Of a stretch of 40,600 nucleotides of DNA, positions 1 through 9,296 are shown one piece after another. The notes beneath the pieces are model-generated. The model was not told the DNA's origin. It was given only the letters and a program-made list of their open reading frames with translations, and did not search any database. The position numbers and the translations under genes are program-made. The stretch is from a virus (taxonomy: Duplodnaviria; Caudoviricetes): IMG/VR virus record IMGVR_UViG_3300017716_000369, positions 1 to 40,600 of that record; one strand, written 5' to 3'. Positions within the stretch are counted from its first letter, which is position 1, and the number at the start of each line of letters is the position of its first letter.

Positions 1-2
1 TA

Positions 3-1646
3 ACAGTATCAGGTTTAGGAATTACACCGCAAACCTTTACGGCAGGTGGTTCAGCTAATACAGATTATTCACAAGCAATTACAGTTACACCTGTAACAAA
101 TGGACTTTTAACAATTACAATATCAGGACAAACTACTTCAACACTTGGAACAGGCAATTATTGGTTTAGTGGTATGTCTGTTAACCCTTTTATCGATTGG
201 GCACAGTGGTATGGATTTGCCTACAACCCATCAAGTGCAACGCTAACGATTGACCCCGTTGTGGTATTATCTGAGTCAGCAGCAGAAGCATTAAGTGGAA
301 TTTCTTTAGCAAGCAATACTATTACAATATCTTCATCATTAACCTTAAGTAATGTTTATGATTGGCTTAAATGGTACGAGTCAACTAATAGACTTAACCC
401 TATTATTACTTCAACAAACGGAGTGAACTTTATATCTACCGCAAACGTGTCAATTACAAGTGGCTCTTTGACAGGTGGCAATATAACAGCACCATCATTT
501 ACTTTAGTTTCAGCACCTACAAATATTGCATTAACAGGAAATGTTAATCAAGCTACTCCAACAAACTTAACAGGAGTAAGCATAACAGGAAACTTAACTT
601 ACAACACAAATACACCTATAACTGTTACCTTAACAAACTGCTCTATAAGTGGAACGATAAGCAATAGCGGAACTGCTACAATAACAGTTATTAATAATGG
701 TTCTACAATAGGGGCTATTGGAACTAATATTACTCAACAGTTAACTGCTACATTATCAGTAACAATGCCTAGCGGAACTTTCGTTTATGTAGCAAATGAA
801 ATCGGAGTCCAGCAACTATACCAAGCATCAACAGGTTCTACTATTACATTAGACGTTACAGGTGGTACAGGAACTTGGGTATTAAAGTTAGCACAATTTG
901 GAAAGATAAGTCAAAGCATCACATTTACTCCATCATCGGGCGGTACATTTGCTTTTTCTCCCACATTAGCAACAGACGCATTTGTTGTTGATGCACTAGC
1001 TAACGTAATAGCTTACACAGATTTAAATAGTACACAAAAGATATATGACTATGGAAGTTATTATGGAACTACGAATGGAACGCAAGGTATTTCAAACGGT
1101 GTATTATTAATTAAGGGATTTGGAACATTAACCGCTCCTTCAGGACTTATACTAAGTCCAAGTGCAGGTAGTTTGTTTTCTATTAGTAGTGGTATAGTTA
1201 CAACAAAAACATCAGGATTATCGGAGTCTGTTACTATTCTAAGTAGCGGAAACTTTGCGCAGGGTTCAGCCACATTGTCTAATGATGTAATAATTAGAGC
1301 TAATAACTTGGATTCAGAAATTGTATTTATCGCAACAAGTATTACTCTATACCCTACTTCTTCAGACAGAGACACTAATACAAATGCTGGACCTACAAGT
1401 ACAACGGGAATTATTAGATTTAAGTACGGATCTATAATTAGCGGTGTAACTATGAGCGGAGCGGCTTATTTAAGAGTTGATGCTGGAATTATTTTGTTTT
1501 CGGATATAATTATTATTCAGGGAAATAACATGCTAGATTATGGAACTATAGGGCAATTAACTATTTTAAATGCTAAAGTAGATGAATTACCATCAGACAT
1601 TTGGAACTACACAGAAAGAACATTAAACCAAGCACTATTCAAATAA
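3..1646 (+). CDS. 5'-truncated Ser/Thr/Gly-rich virion fibre / beta-rich structural protein
   Basis: The frame of ORF 174..1646 is open from position 3 (TVSGLGITPQTF...), so the true start lies upstream of the window. Low-charge S/T/G/N-rich beta-strand pattern typical of phage fibres. Confidence 0.6.
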   Translation, partial: TVSGLGITPQTFTAGGSANTDYSQAITVTPVTNGLLTITISGQTTSTLGTGNYWFSGMSVNPFIDWAQWYGFAYNPSSATLTIDPVVVLSESAAEALSGISLASNTITISSSLTLSNVYDWLKWYESTNRLNPIITSTNGVNFISTANVSITSGSLTGGNITAPSFTLVSAPTNIALTGNVNQATPTNLTGVSITGNLTYNTNTPITVTLTNCSISGTISNSGTATITVINNGSTIGAIGTNITQQLTATLSVTMPSGTFVYVANEIGVQQLYQASTGSTITLDVTGGTGTWVLKLAQFGKISQSITFTPSSGGTFAFSPTLATDAFVVDALANVIAYTDLNSTQKIYDYGSYYGTTNGTQGISNGVLLIKGFGTLTAPSGLILSPSAGSLFSISSGIVTTKTSGLSESVTILSSGNFAQGSATLSNDVIIRANNLDSEIVFIATSITLYPTSSDRDTNTNAGPTSTTGIIRFKYGSIISGVTMSGAAYLRVDAGIILFSDIIIIQGNNMLDYGTIGQLTILNAKVDELPSDIWNYTERTLNQALFK

Positions 1647-1647
1647 T

Positions 1648-2091
1648 ATGGAAGGGTATCTAATAATAATATCGGTTACATTTGCATCAATAACTATAGC
1701 TTACAAAATGTCAAAAAATTTAAAAGAAAATAAAAACGTAACGCCAATTATAAAGGTTTTTAATGAAAATGGAATTTCTTTTCCAGTAGGAGTACCTGGC
1801 GATATTAGCGTTAATAGTAGTCACGATATAAAAGAAACTATTAAGGTATATTTTAAAATAAAAGAAATAAAAAATGTTGATATTGATTTGTTTTCTAAAA
1901 TATCTAACATTACTGATTGGTACAGTATAATAAAAAGTATTGTAAATAAAGAACCAATTATACAGCAAGACTATTCTTCATTAGGGAATATAAATTTATT
2001 AAACGAGGTTTTTATAGTATGTAATATTGAATCAATAAGTATAACTATAAAATTTGGCAAAGATTTAAAATTAACAATTATAAACAATTAA
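1648..2091 (+). CDS. hypothetical protein with N-terminal hydrophobic anchor
   Basis: 147-aa ORF starting 1 nt after the upstream stop; N-terminal YLIIISVTFASITIAY is hydrophobic. Confidence 0.6.
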   Translation: MEGYLIIISVTFASITIAYKMSKNLKENKNVTPIIKVFNENGISFPVGVPGDISVNSSHDIKETIKVYFKIKEIKNVDIDLFSKISNITDWYSIIKSIVNKEPIIQQDYSSLGNINLLNEVFIVCNIESISITIKFGKDLKLTIINN

Positions 2092-2095
2092 AACA

Positions 2096-2221
2096 ATGAA
2101 AAAAACAAATTTATCAACTAGTAAAAACGTAAAAAAACAAAATGCTTCCTCAACAACAAATGAAGAAAATTCTAAAGCAATTAAGAACCCTAAAGGTAAA
2201 CCAACGGGAAGGCCTCAATAG
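2096..2221 (+). CDS. unannotated 41-aa peptide MKKTNLSTSKNVKKQNASSTTNEENSKAIKNPKGKPTGRPQ
   Basis: Hand-translated. ATG at 2096, 4 nt after the upstream stop in an A-rich context; TAG at 2219-2221. Fills the gap before, and overlaps, the membrane protein gene. Confidence 0.55.
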   Translation: MKKTNLSTSKNVKKQNASSTTNEENSKAIKNPKGKPTGRPQ

Positions 2222-2528
2222 TTTATTAAAAATCGTTTCTGTTTTATTAATACTTTTTTCTGGGTATTTATGTGATTATATATACCCATTAGACGATGAT
2301 AGTGCTTGGAAATTAATGCTAAATTTATATAGATTATCTTTTTTATTGTTAGTATTTACAGTAAAAAATGGTTTTATAAAAGAAATAACCATAGGATTAT
2401 TAATCAATCATTATTTCGATAGTTATTTCGGTTTAAAAGACTGGTCTTTGAATGATAATATAACAGCGCTTTATGTAGTAATAATAACATTAATAAGAAT
2501 TTATAAAAAATGGAAAATAATATATTAG
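2142..2528 (+). CDS. small multi-pass (about 4 TM) membrane protein
   Basis: Hydrophobic segments IVSVLLILFSGYLC, LMLNLYRLSFLLLVFTV, ITIGLLINHYF and ITALYVVIITLI, then a basic tail. The start may be 2160. Confidence 0.65.
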   Translation: MLPQQQMKKILKQLRTLKVNQREGLNSLLKIVSVLLILFSGYLCDYIYPLDDDSAWKLMLNLYRLSFLLLVFTVKNGFIKEITIGLLINHYFDSYFGLKDWSLNDNITALYVVIITLIRIYKKWKIIY

Positions 2529-2743
2529 AAAAACACTTATTAGAAAATAAAGTTGAAAAATCAATAAGTGCAGCTTACGACTCGGTTAGTTTAATTAATA
2601 AATTAAACTTACTTGAGGAATTATCTGATGATGATACAGATAGATTAAGTAGGAACAAGGAGCATATCAAAATAATGCTTAGTAAAGAGTGGTTTTATAA
2701 TGCTTTAACTGAAGAGCAAAAAATAGAGTTATTTAATATTTAA
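2510..2743 (+). CDS. hypothetical helical protein
   Basis: 77-aa ORF overlapping the upstream gene end, on the coding strand. Confidence 0.6.
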   Translation: MENNILEKHLLENKVEKSISAAYDSVSLINKLNLLEELSDDDTDRLSRNKEHIKIMLSKEWFYNALTEEQKIELFNI

Positions 2744-2751
2744 AAAATCAC

Positions 2752-2759
2752 TATCTTTG
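2752..2759 (+). promoter_or_regulatory. Bacteroidota-type -7 promoter element TATCTTTG
   Basis: Matches TAnnTTTG; intergenic; ATG begins 5 nt after the G. Confidence 0.65.
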
Positions 2760-2763
2760 TAAA

Positions 2764-2988
2764 ATGAAAACAGTAACAACAGAAGAATTAGAAAATTTAA
2801 AAGACTTAAGTCTTAAATTTAACGAAGCAAAAGTTTCAATCGCTGAAGCTGAATTAGCAAAGCATAAATTTTTTAGAGATTTAGATGCTTTATCTGCTCA
2901 ATATAAAGAATTACAAGCTGTCTTGCTAGAGAAGTACGGAAACGTAAACATAAACTTACAAACAGGAGAGATCAATGACCAAGATTAG
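2764..2988 (+). CDS. small coiled-coil phage protein
   Basis: Heptad-like helix ending in LLEKYGNVNINLQTGEI, a pattern I recall from Bacteroidota phages. Confidence 0.7.
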   Translation: MKTVTTEELENLKDLSLKFNEAKVSIAEAELAKHKFFRDLDALSAQYKELQAVLLEKYGNVNINLQTGEINDQD

Positions 2989-3430
2989 TGCATACCCAGA
3001 AATTACAATACCTACTATTGATGATCTATTGATAGGTACTGATGTTGAGAATCTAAATGCAACAAAAAACTTTAGCATCCAAGAGATTATTAATCTCGCT
3101 ATTCCTTATAAGATATATAATGCTATACTTACTCAGTCTGGAACAAGCGCTCCAGTAGCTACAGTACTTCAAAATACTTTAGGAGGAAATGTAACATGGA
3201 CATATGTTAATCTTGGAGCTTATAATGCAACTTTAACTGGAGCATTTATTGCTGGAAAAACAACAGTAACATGTTCGAATCTATGGGGTAATTTTTCAGT
3301 ACAGCCTTATCCAAATTATGAAGAATCAACCTTTCCTAATTTTATTCAAATATTAAACATAGACTCTACGTCTGGTTCTCAAGTAAATGGAATAAATAAG
3401 GTAGTTATAGAAATTAAGGTGTATAACTAA
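2975..3430 (+). CDS. putative virion structural / fibre-type protein
   Basis: N-terminal MTKISAYP..DDLLIGTD..ATKNFSI anchor-like motif plus a beta-rich domain (YNAILTQSGTSAPVATVLQNTLG...IEIKVYN). Confidence 0.55.
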   Translation: MTKISAYPEITIPTIDDLLIGTDVENLNATKNFSIQEIINLAIPYKIYNAILTQSGTSAPVATVLQNTLGGNVTWTYVNLGAYNATLTGAFIAGKTTVTCSNLWGNFSVQPYPNYEESTFPNFIQILNIDSTSGSQVNGINKVVIEIKVYN

Positions 3431-3654
3431 TGGATATTCGTAAAATATCAGTAGGTCCAGACTATAAGAATGCTATGAGTTATCTCCAGGGACAAGAGGT
3501 TCTTGGAGGTTCTCATAAGATACATCTAATATTCTTCAATGAATCTAAGTGTAGTTTTCAGGTATGGATAGAGAATGAATCTGATGAGACTATTCTATGG
3601 AAGGAATTTAATTCTAATATTCCAGTCTCTGTAGAGTACAATATAAACTTCTAA
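3430..3654 (+). CDS. hypothetical phage protein
   Basis: 74-aa ORF, TAATG-coupled to the upstream gene and abutting the downstream gene. Confidence 0.7.
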   Translation: MDIRKISVGPDYKNAMSYLQGQEVLGGSHKIHLIFFNESKCSFQVWIENESDETILWKEFNSNIPVSVEYNINF

Positions 3655-4221
3655 ATGAAATCTCCTTACTGCTTCATCGTAAAACCATTAGATGGTAAGC
3701 GATATAATAATACTAAGAATATAGGTGGGATTGATTTAGTTGTGAGTACATCTCAAGAAGATCATACCGTATCTAATAGACTAGGTGTAGTTGAAAGTAC
3801 ACCAATAGGATATACTGGAGAGATACTCCCTGGAGATATACTTTTAGTACATCATAATGTATTTAAACTATATTATGATATGAAAGGAAATGAGAAGAGC
3901 GGAGCAAGTTATCTTAAGGATGATTTATTCATGGTAGATAATGAACAGTTCTTCATGTACTTCCACAATAATAAATGGAGTGCTCACTCTAAGTACTGCT
4001 TTGTAAAACCAATAAAGACAAGAAACTCTATTATTCATAAGAATACATTAGAGGAACCCTTAATTGGAACGATAGAGTACATAAATCAAGAGTTATTAGA
4101 CCTAGGTCTAAGTATTGGAAATGAGATTTCGTTTGAGCCAAATAGTGAGTACCCATTTTACATAAATGACGAGAAACTATACAGGATGCTTACTAAAAAT
4201 ATTACATTAAAATGGAATTAA
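3655..4221 (+). CDS. GroES/Cpn10-like co-chaperonin with two tandem domains
   Basis: Two GroES-like patterns: CFIVKP...GG...GVV..P....I.PGD.LLV and CFVKP...GTIEY....GLSIGNEISF...INDEKLYRM...NI. Confidence 0.6.
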   Translation: MKSPYCFIVKPLDGKRYNNTKNIGGIDLVVSTSQEDHTVSNRLGVVESTPIGYTGEILPGDILLVHHNVFKLYYDMKGNEKSGASYLKDDLFMVDNEQFFMYFHNNKWSAHSKYCFVKPIKTRNSIIHKNTLEEPLIGTIEYINQELLDLGLSIGNEISFEPNSEYPFYINDEKLYRMLTKNITLKWN

Positions 4222-4487
4222 AGTCAATTAAAGAAAGAATTATTGCGGCTGGTTATAAGGCAGTAGACGAATTAATTAAAATTGCCGAAGACACTATAAT
4301 AAGAGGTGGTGATGATGATTTGTCTGCTGATAAACTTAAGAATGCTGCCTCTACAAAACGCTTGGCAATAGAAGATGCCTTTCATATTCTAAATAGGATA
4401 GAGCTAGAGCAAGAAAAACTAATTGACGAATCCGTTGTAAAAACTGAACCTAAAGTACAAGGATTTGCAGAAAGAAGATCAAAATAG
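4212..4487 (+). CDS. putative terminase small subunit
   Basis: 91-aa helical protein immediately upstream of and overlapping the large terminase; positional inference. Confidence 0.5.
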   Translation: MELKSIKERIIAAGYKAVDELIKIAEDTIIRGGDDDLSADKLKNAASTKRLAIEDAFHILNRIELEQEKLIDESVVKTEPKVQGFAERRSK

Positions 4488-6711
4488 TATATATAGGATA
4501 GTACAAGACCATGTACCTAAGAGTGTTATTGTAGTAAAGAACAAGAGCAAGACTTGGGAGTACGGCTATAATGAGAAGTATGATATGGTGGTTATATCTA
4601 AGGATGGAACCATTGGAGATATTTATAGTATTAGTGGATTATTAATTGCACTACCATCAACCCCAGACGATGTTTATAAAAGAGACAATAAGAAAGAGAA
4701 CCAGTATTGGCAACCATCTGAGTATCCAAGGGAGCTTAGTAATATCAAGACTATATTCAACTGGCATACTATGCCTAAGAATTTTAAGGATGAGTGGGTT
4801 GACTATATAGAGGGAGAGTTTGATAGAAGGGATCACGGATTTTTCTTTATGAATAATGGCGTTAAAACTTATATCACAGGATCTCATTATATGTACCTAC
4901 AGTGGACCAAGATTGATGTTGGATTACCAGACTACCGAGAGGCAAACAGGATATACTTTATATTTTGGGAAGCATGTAAGGCTGATAATCGTTCATTTGG
5001 TATGGTGTATCTAAAGATTAGACGTTCTGGATTCTCGTTTATGGGATCTAATGAGTTATCTAATACTGGAACACTTGCTAAAGATGCAAGGCTTGGAATC
5101 CTATCAAAGACTGGTAATGATGCTAAGACAATGTTTACCAACAAGGTGGTTCCTATTATTAGCAACTACCCATTCTTCTTCAAGCCTATCCAGGATGGTA
5201 TGGATAAACCAAAGACAGAACTTGCATTTAGAGTTCCTGCGGCTAAAATTACCAAGAAGAATATGTACGAAAGTGCAGATTCTGATATAAGAGGTCTTGA
5301 CACTACAATTGACTGGAAGAACACGGCTGACAATAGTTATGATGGTGAGAAATTATTATTACTCGTACATGACGAGAGTGGTAAATGGATTAAGCCAGAT
5401 AACATCTTAAATAACTGGCGTGTAACAAAGACTTGTCTTAGATTAGGTTCTAAGATTATTGGAAAGTGTATGATGGGTTCAACACCTAATTCACTTGAAA
5501 AGGGAGGGGCTAACTTCAAAAAATTATACGAGGAATCAAATGTAAGTACGCGTAATGCTAATGGTCAGACAAAATCTGGTATGTACTCTCTCTATATACC
5601 AATGGAGTGGAACTTTGAGGGATATATAGACAGGTATGGAATGCCAGTATTCAGAAAGCCAGAAAAACCAGTACTTGGTATTGACGGACAGATGATCTCT
5701 AATGGTGCCATTGACTATTGGGAGAATGAGGTTGCTTCATTAAAGAGTGATGCTGATGCACTTAACGAGTTCTATAGACAGTTCTCAAGAACAGAGTCTC
5801 ATGCCTTTAGAGATGAGAGTAAGTCGTCAATATTCAACTTAACAAAGATATATCAGCAAATCGACTATAATGACTCTTTAATTAAGGATAGAGTACTTAC
5901 GAGAGGTTCGTTCAGCTGGTTAAATGGAGAGAAGGACACCAAGGTGGTATGGACTCCAGATCCAAGGGGCAGGTTTAACGTATCGTGGATTCCAGAAAAA
6001 GATTTACAGAATAGAGTTACGTATAAAAACGGAATGAAGTATCCAGGGAATGACCATATCGGAGCGTTCGGATGTGACCCTTACGATATATCTGGAACAG
6101 TTGGCGGTGGAGGTTCAAACGGTTCACTGCACGGACTCACTAAGTTCAATATGGATAATGCACCGAGCAATCAATTCTTTTTAGAGTACATTGCAAGGCC
6201 ACAGACTGCAGAGATATTCTTTGAAGAAGTTTTGATGGCGTGTGTATTCTATGGCATGCCTATCTTGGTTGAGAACAATAAGCCTAGGCTACTATATCAT
6301 TTCAAGAATAGAGGCTATAGAGGATTTTCTATGAACAGGCCAGATAAGCACTATAACAACCTTTCTAAGACAGAAAAAGAGCTTGGAGGTATTCCTAACT
6401 CTTCTGAAGATGTTAAGCAGTCTCACGCGTCTGCGATTGAGTCATATATTGAGAAGTATGTAGGATTAGACTTGGAAGGTACGTATAGAGATTCTGATGA
6501 GATGGGTTCAATGTACTTCACACGAACAATTAACGAATGGTCAAGGTTTGACATAAACAATAGAACAAAGTTTGATGCTGCAATTAGCTCAGGATTAGCT
6601 ATAATGGCTAATCAAAAAAATGTGTATGCACAAGTCAAAAAAGAATCGAAAATTATCTTTAACTTTGCAAAGTATAATAATAGCGGAACACATAGCGAAA
6701 TAATAAGATAA
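4465..6711 (+). CDS. terL: terminase large subunit
   Basis: Walker A-like LKIRRSGFS, Walker B LLLVHDESGK, coupling motif GSTPN, RNase H-like nuclease FGCDPYD and C-terminal FDAAISSGLA; precedes the portal. TTG start, exact start uncertain. Confidence 0.92.
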   Translation: MQKEDQNSIYRIVQDHVPKSVIVVKNKSKTWEYGYNEKYDMVVISKDGTIGDIYSISGLLIALPSTPDDVYKRDNKKENQYWQPSEYPRELSNIKTIFNWHTMPKNFKDEWVDYIEGEFDRRDHGFFFMNNGVKTYITGSHYMYLQWTKIDVGLPDYREANRIYFIFWEACKADNRSFGMVYLKIRRSGFSFMGSNELSNTGTLAKDARLGILSKTGNDAKTMFTNKVVPIISNYPFFFKPIQDGMDKPKTELAFRVPAAKITKKNMYESADSDIRGLDTTIDWKNTADNSYDGEKLLLLVHDESGKWIKPDNILNNWRVTKTCLRLGSKIIGKCMMGSTPNSLEKGGANFKKLYEESNVSTRNANGQTKSGMYSLYIPMEWNFEGYIDRYGMPVFRKPEKPVLGIDGQMISNGAIDYWENEVASLKSDADALNEFYRQFSRTESHAFRDESKSSIFNLTKIYQQIDYNDSLIKDRVLTRGSFSWLNGEKDTKVVWTPDPRGRFNVSWIPEKDLQNRVTYKNGMKYPGNDHIGAFGCDPYDISGTVGGGGSNGSLHGLTKFNMDNAPSNQFFLEYIARPQTAEIFFEEVLMACVFYGMPILVENNKPRLLYHFKNRGYRGFSMNRPDKHYNNLSKTEKELGGIPNSSEDVKQSHASAIESYIEKYVGLDLEGTYRDSDEMGSMYFTRTINEWSRFDINNRTKFDAAISSGLAIMANQKNVYAQVKKESKIIFNFAKYNNSGTHSEIIR
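6660..6667 (+). promoter_or_regulatory. possible -7 promoter element TAACTTTG for the portal gene
   Basis: TAACTTTGCAAA is identical to the intergenic element at 9547; it lies about 45 nt upstream of the portal ATG, inside the terL 3' end. Confidence 0.4.
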
Positions 6712-9144
6712 ATGAAGGACGTAAATATTAAGATTAATCCAATTAGCTTTCCAGACCAATTTGCTACTGATAAGGAAAAAGAATCTATTGAATATGGATT
6801 GCAGATAGGGCAAAGTATTCAATATGAGTGGTTTAAGAAGGACAGTCATGGATGTAGATTTTATGATCAACGTTCTAATTTTCATAAATTACGTCTATAC
6901 GCTCGTGGAGAACAATCAGTTGGAAAATATAAGAATGAACTATCTGTTGATGGTGATTTAAGTCACTTAAACTTAGACTGGACTCCTGTTCCTATTATAC
7001 CTAAATTCCTTGACATTGTAGTTAACGGAATGACTGACAGAATGTTTAAAGTTAAGGCGTATGCACAAGATGCTATGTCTACTGATAAACGAAATAGATT
7101 TCAACAGGCAGTTCAGACCGATATGGCTGCAAAGGATTTACTTCTTCAAGTAAAAAGTCAGTTTGGAATCGATGCGTTTGATACGCCTCCAGAAGAACTT
7201 CCAGAAACAGATGATGAACTTTCATTGTTCATGCAGATAAACTACAAGCCTGCTATTGAAATAGCTGAAGAACAAGCAATTAACACAATTTTTGACGATA
7301 ATAAGTATAACGATATTCGTAAGAGTGTCGATTTAGATATTGCTACATTAGGAATAGGTATGGCTAAGCACATGTTCTTACCTGGTGATGGAGTTAGAAT
7401 CGAGTATGTGGATCCAGCAAATGTTATCTATAGCTATACAGAGAACCCATACTTTAACGATTGTTTCTATTGGGGAGAGGTTAAGACAGTTCATACGACT
7501 GAACTTATGAAGATTGATCCAACGCTGACATTAGACCAGTTAGGGGAGATATCTAAATATGGAGAGTCTTGGAATAGTCAGTACGGATTATCTCAGTTAA
7601 ATAATAGTTTATTTAGTAGAGATTCTGCTACATTGCTTTATTTTAACTATAAGACTACCAAGAGAATTGTATACAAGAAAAAGAAATTAGAGAACGGTAG
7701 TGAGAAAATGATACCAAAGGACGACACGTTCAATCCACCACAAGAGATGATGGACGAAGGAAACTTCGAGAAAATTGAGAAGGTTATCGATGTTTGGTAT
7801 GATGGAATTATGGTTGCTGGTACAAATATTATGTTGAAATGGGAGTTATCTAAGAATATGGTACGTCCTAAATCAGCTACACAACATGCTATTCCTAACT
7901 ATGTAGCAGTTGCTCCAAGAATGTATAAGGGAGCTATCGAGTCATTAGTTAAAAGAATGATTCCATTTGCTGATTTGATTCAAGTAATTCATCTTAAGAT
8001 GCAGCAAGTATTGGCTAGAGTAGTACCTGATGGGGTATTTATAGATGCCGATGGTATTAACGAGGTAGATTTAGGAACTGGAGCAGCATATAATCCAGAG
8101 GACGCGTTAAGATTATACTTCCAAACTGGTAGTGTGATTGGTAGAAGCTATACTGGTGATGGTGAATTTAATAATGCAAGGATCCCTATCTCTGAGTTAG
8201 GAACAAATAGCGGACAAGCTAAACTACAGAGTTTAATTGGAAGTTACAATCATTATATGGGTATGATTAGAGATGTTACTGGTCTTAATGAGGCTCGTGA
8301 TGGTTCTACTCCAAACCCAGACGCATTAGTTGGTGTTCAGAAATTAGCCGCACTAAACTCAAACACAGCAACAAGACACATACTAGAGTCTAGTTTATAT
8401 GTTACACGTTCATTATCTGAGGCAATTTCTTATAGAGTTGCAGATATTTTAGAATATTCTGACTTTAAGGAAGAGTTTATAAATCAAATAGGAAAATACA
8501 GTGTTGGTATCTTAGAAGATATTAAGGACTTATACATCTATGACTTCGGTATATTTATTGAAGTGTCACCTGATGAGGAAGAGAAGGCTCAACTAGAGCA
8601 AAATATTCAGATATCATTATCTCGTGATTCTATCTTATTAGAAGATGCTATTGATATTAGAGAGATGAGAAACCTTAAGTTAGCTAATCAGTTGCTTAAA
8701 CTTAAAAGAAAGAAGAGAGAAGAGTTAAAACAAAAACAAGCTCAAGAGACTCAACAAATGCAAGGTCAAATGCAACAGCAATCACAACAGTTAGCAGCTC
8801 AGGTGGCTATGCAACAGATTCAAGCTGAGACACAATCTAAGTTACAGGTTAAGCAGGCGGAGTCAGCATTTGACATTCAAAAGATGCAGAGCGAGGTTCA
8901 AGCTAAGATGCAGCTTATGGAACTTGAGTTTAACTACAGTATGCAGCTTAAAGGTGTTGAGGTTCAGACAACTAATTCTAAAGAGGAGATGAAAGAAGAT
9001 GCTAAGGATAAACGTATTAGCTTACAAAATACACAACAATCAAAACTGATAGATCAACGTAAGAATAATTTACCACCCGTAGATTTTGAATCTACTAATG
9101 ATAACTTAGACTCGTTTGATTTATCACAATTCGGACCAAGATAA
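6712..9144 (+). CDS. portal protein
   Basis: 810 aa directly after terL; podovirus/crAss-type size; Q-rich C-terminal coiled coil (barrel-like). Confidence 0.85.
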   Translation: MKDVNIKINPISFPDQFATDKEKESIEYGLQIGQSIQYEWFKKDSHGCRFYDQRSNFHKLRLYARGEQSVGKYKNELSVDGDLSHLNLDWTPVPIIPKFLDIVVNGMTDRMFKVKAYAQDAMSTDKRNRFQQAVQTDMAAKDLLLQVKSQFGIDAFDTPPEELPETDDELSLFMQINYKPAIEIAEEQAINTIFDDNKYNDIRKSVDLDIATLGIGMAKHMFLPGDGVRIEYVDPANVIYSYTENPYFNDCFYWGEVKTVHTTELMKIDPTLTLDQLGEISKYGESWNSQYGLSQLNNSLFSRDSATLLYFNYKTTKRIVYKKKKLENGSEKMIPKDDTFNPPQEMMDEGNFEKIEKVIDVWYDGIMVAGTNIMLKWELSKNMVRPKSATQHAIPNYVAVAPRMYKGAIESLVKRMIPFADLIQVIHLKMQQVLARVVPDGVFIDADGINEVDLGTGAAYNPEDALRLYFQTGSVIGRSYTGDGEFNNARIPISELGTNSGQAKLQSLIGSYNHYMGMIRDVTGLNEARDGSTPNPDALVGVQKLAALNSNTATRHILESSLYVTRSLSEAISYRVADILEYSDFKEEFINQIGKYSVGILEDIKDLYIYDFGIFIEVSPDEEEKAQLEQNIQISLSRDSILLEDAIDIREMRNLKLANQLLKLKRKKREELKQKQAQETQQMQGQMQQQSQQLAAQVAMQQIQAETQSKLQVKQAESAFDIQKMQSEVQAKMQLMELEFNYSMQLKGVEVQTTNSKEEMKEDAKDKRISLQNTQQSKLIDQRKNNLPPVDFESTNDNLDSFDLSQFGPR

Positions 9145-9296
9145 TGATAAATAAATTAGGAGTAGAGAACTCATTGTGGAATAATATTCGTGCAAATAAA
9201 GGATCTGGAAAGAAACCTACAGCGGAAATGCTTAAACAAGAACGTAAAATAAATGGCAAAAACAGCAGCATGGCAAAGAGCCGAGGGAAAAAGTAA
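9144..9296 (+). CDS. unannotated 50-aa basic protein MINKLGVENSLWNNIRANKGSGKKPTAEMLKQERKINGKNSSMAKSRGKK
   Basis: Hand-translated; TAATG-coupled to the portal stop; TAA at 9294-9296. Confidence 0.7.
   Translation: MINKLGVENSLWNNIRANKGSGKKPTAEMLKQERKINGKNSSMAKSRGKK

Noticed and set aside
2142-2528. Holin call for the 4-TM protein
   Set aside because: No endolysin or spanin is visible nearby and there is no recognisable holin family motif; it cannot be excluded but is not supported.
6700-6720. Terminase-portal fusion by readthrough of the in-frame TAA-ATG
   Set aside because: TAAATG junctions recur (3652, 6709, 20051) as simple translational coupling; TAA is a strong stop and such a fusion is implausible.
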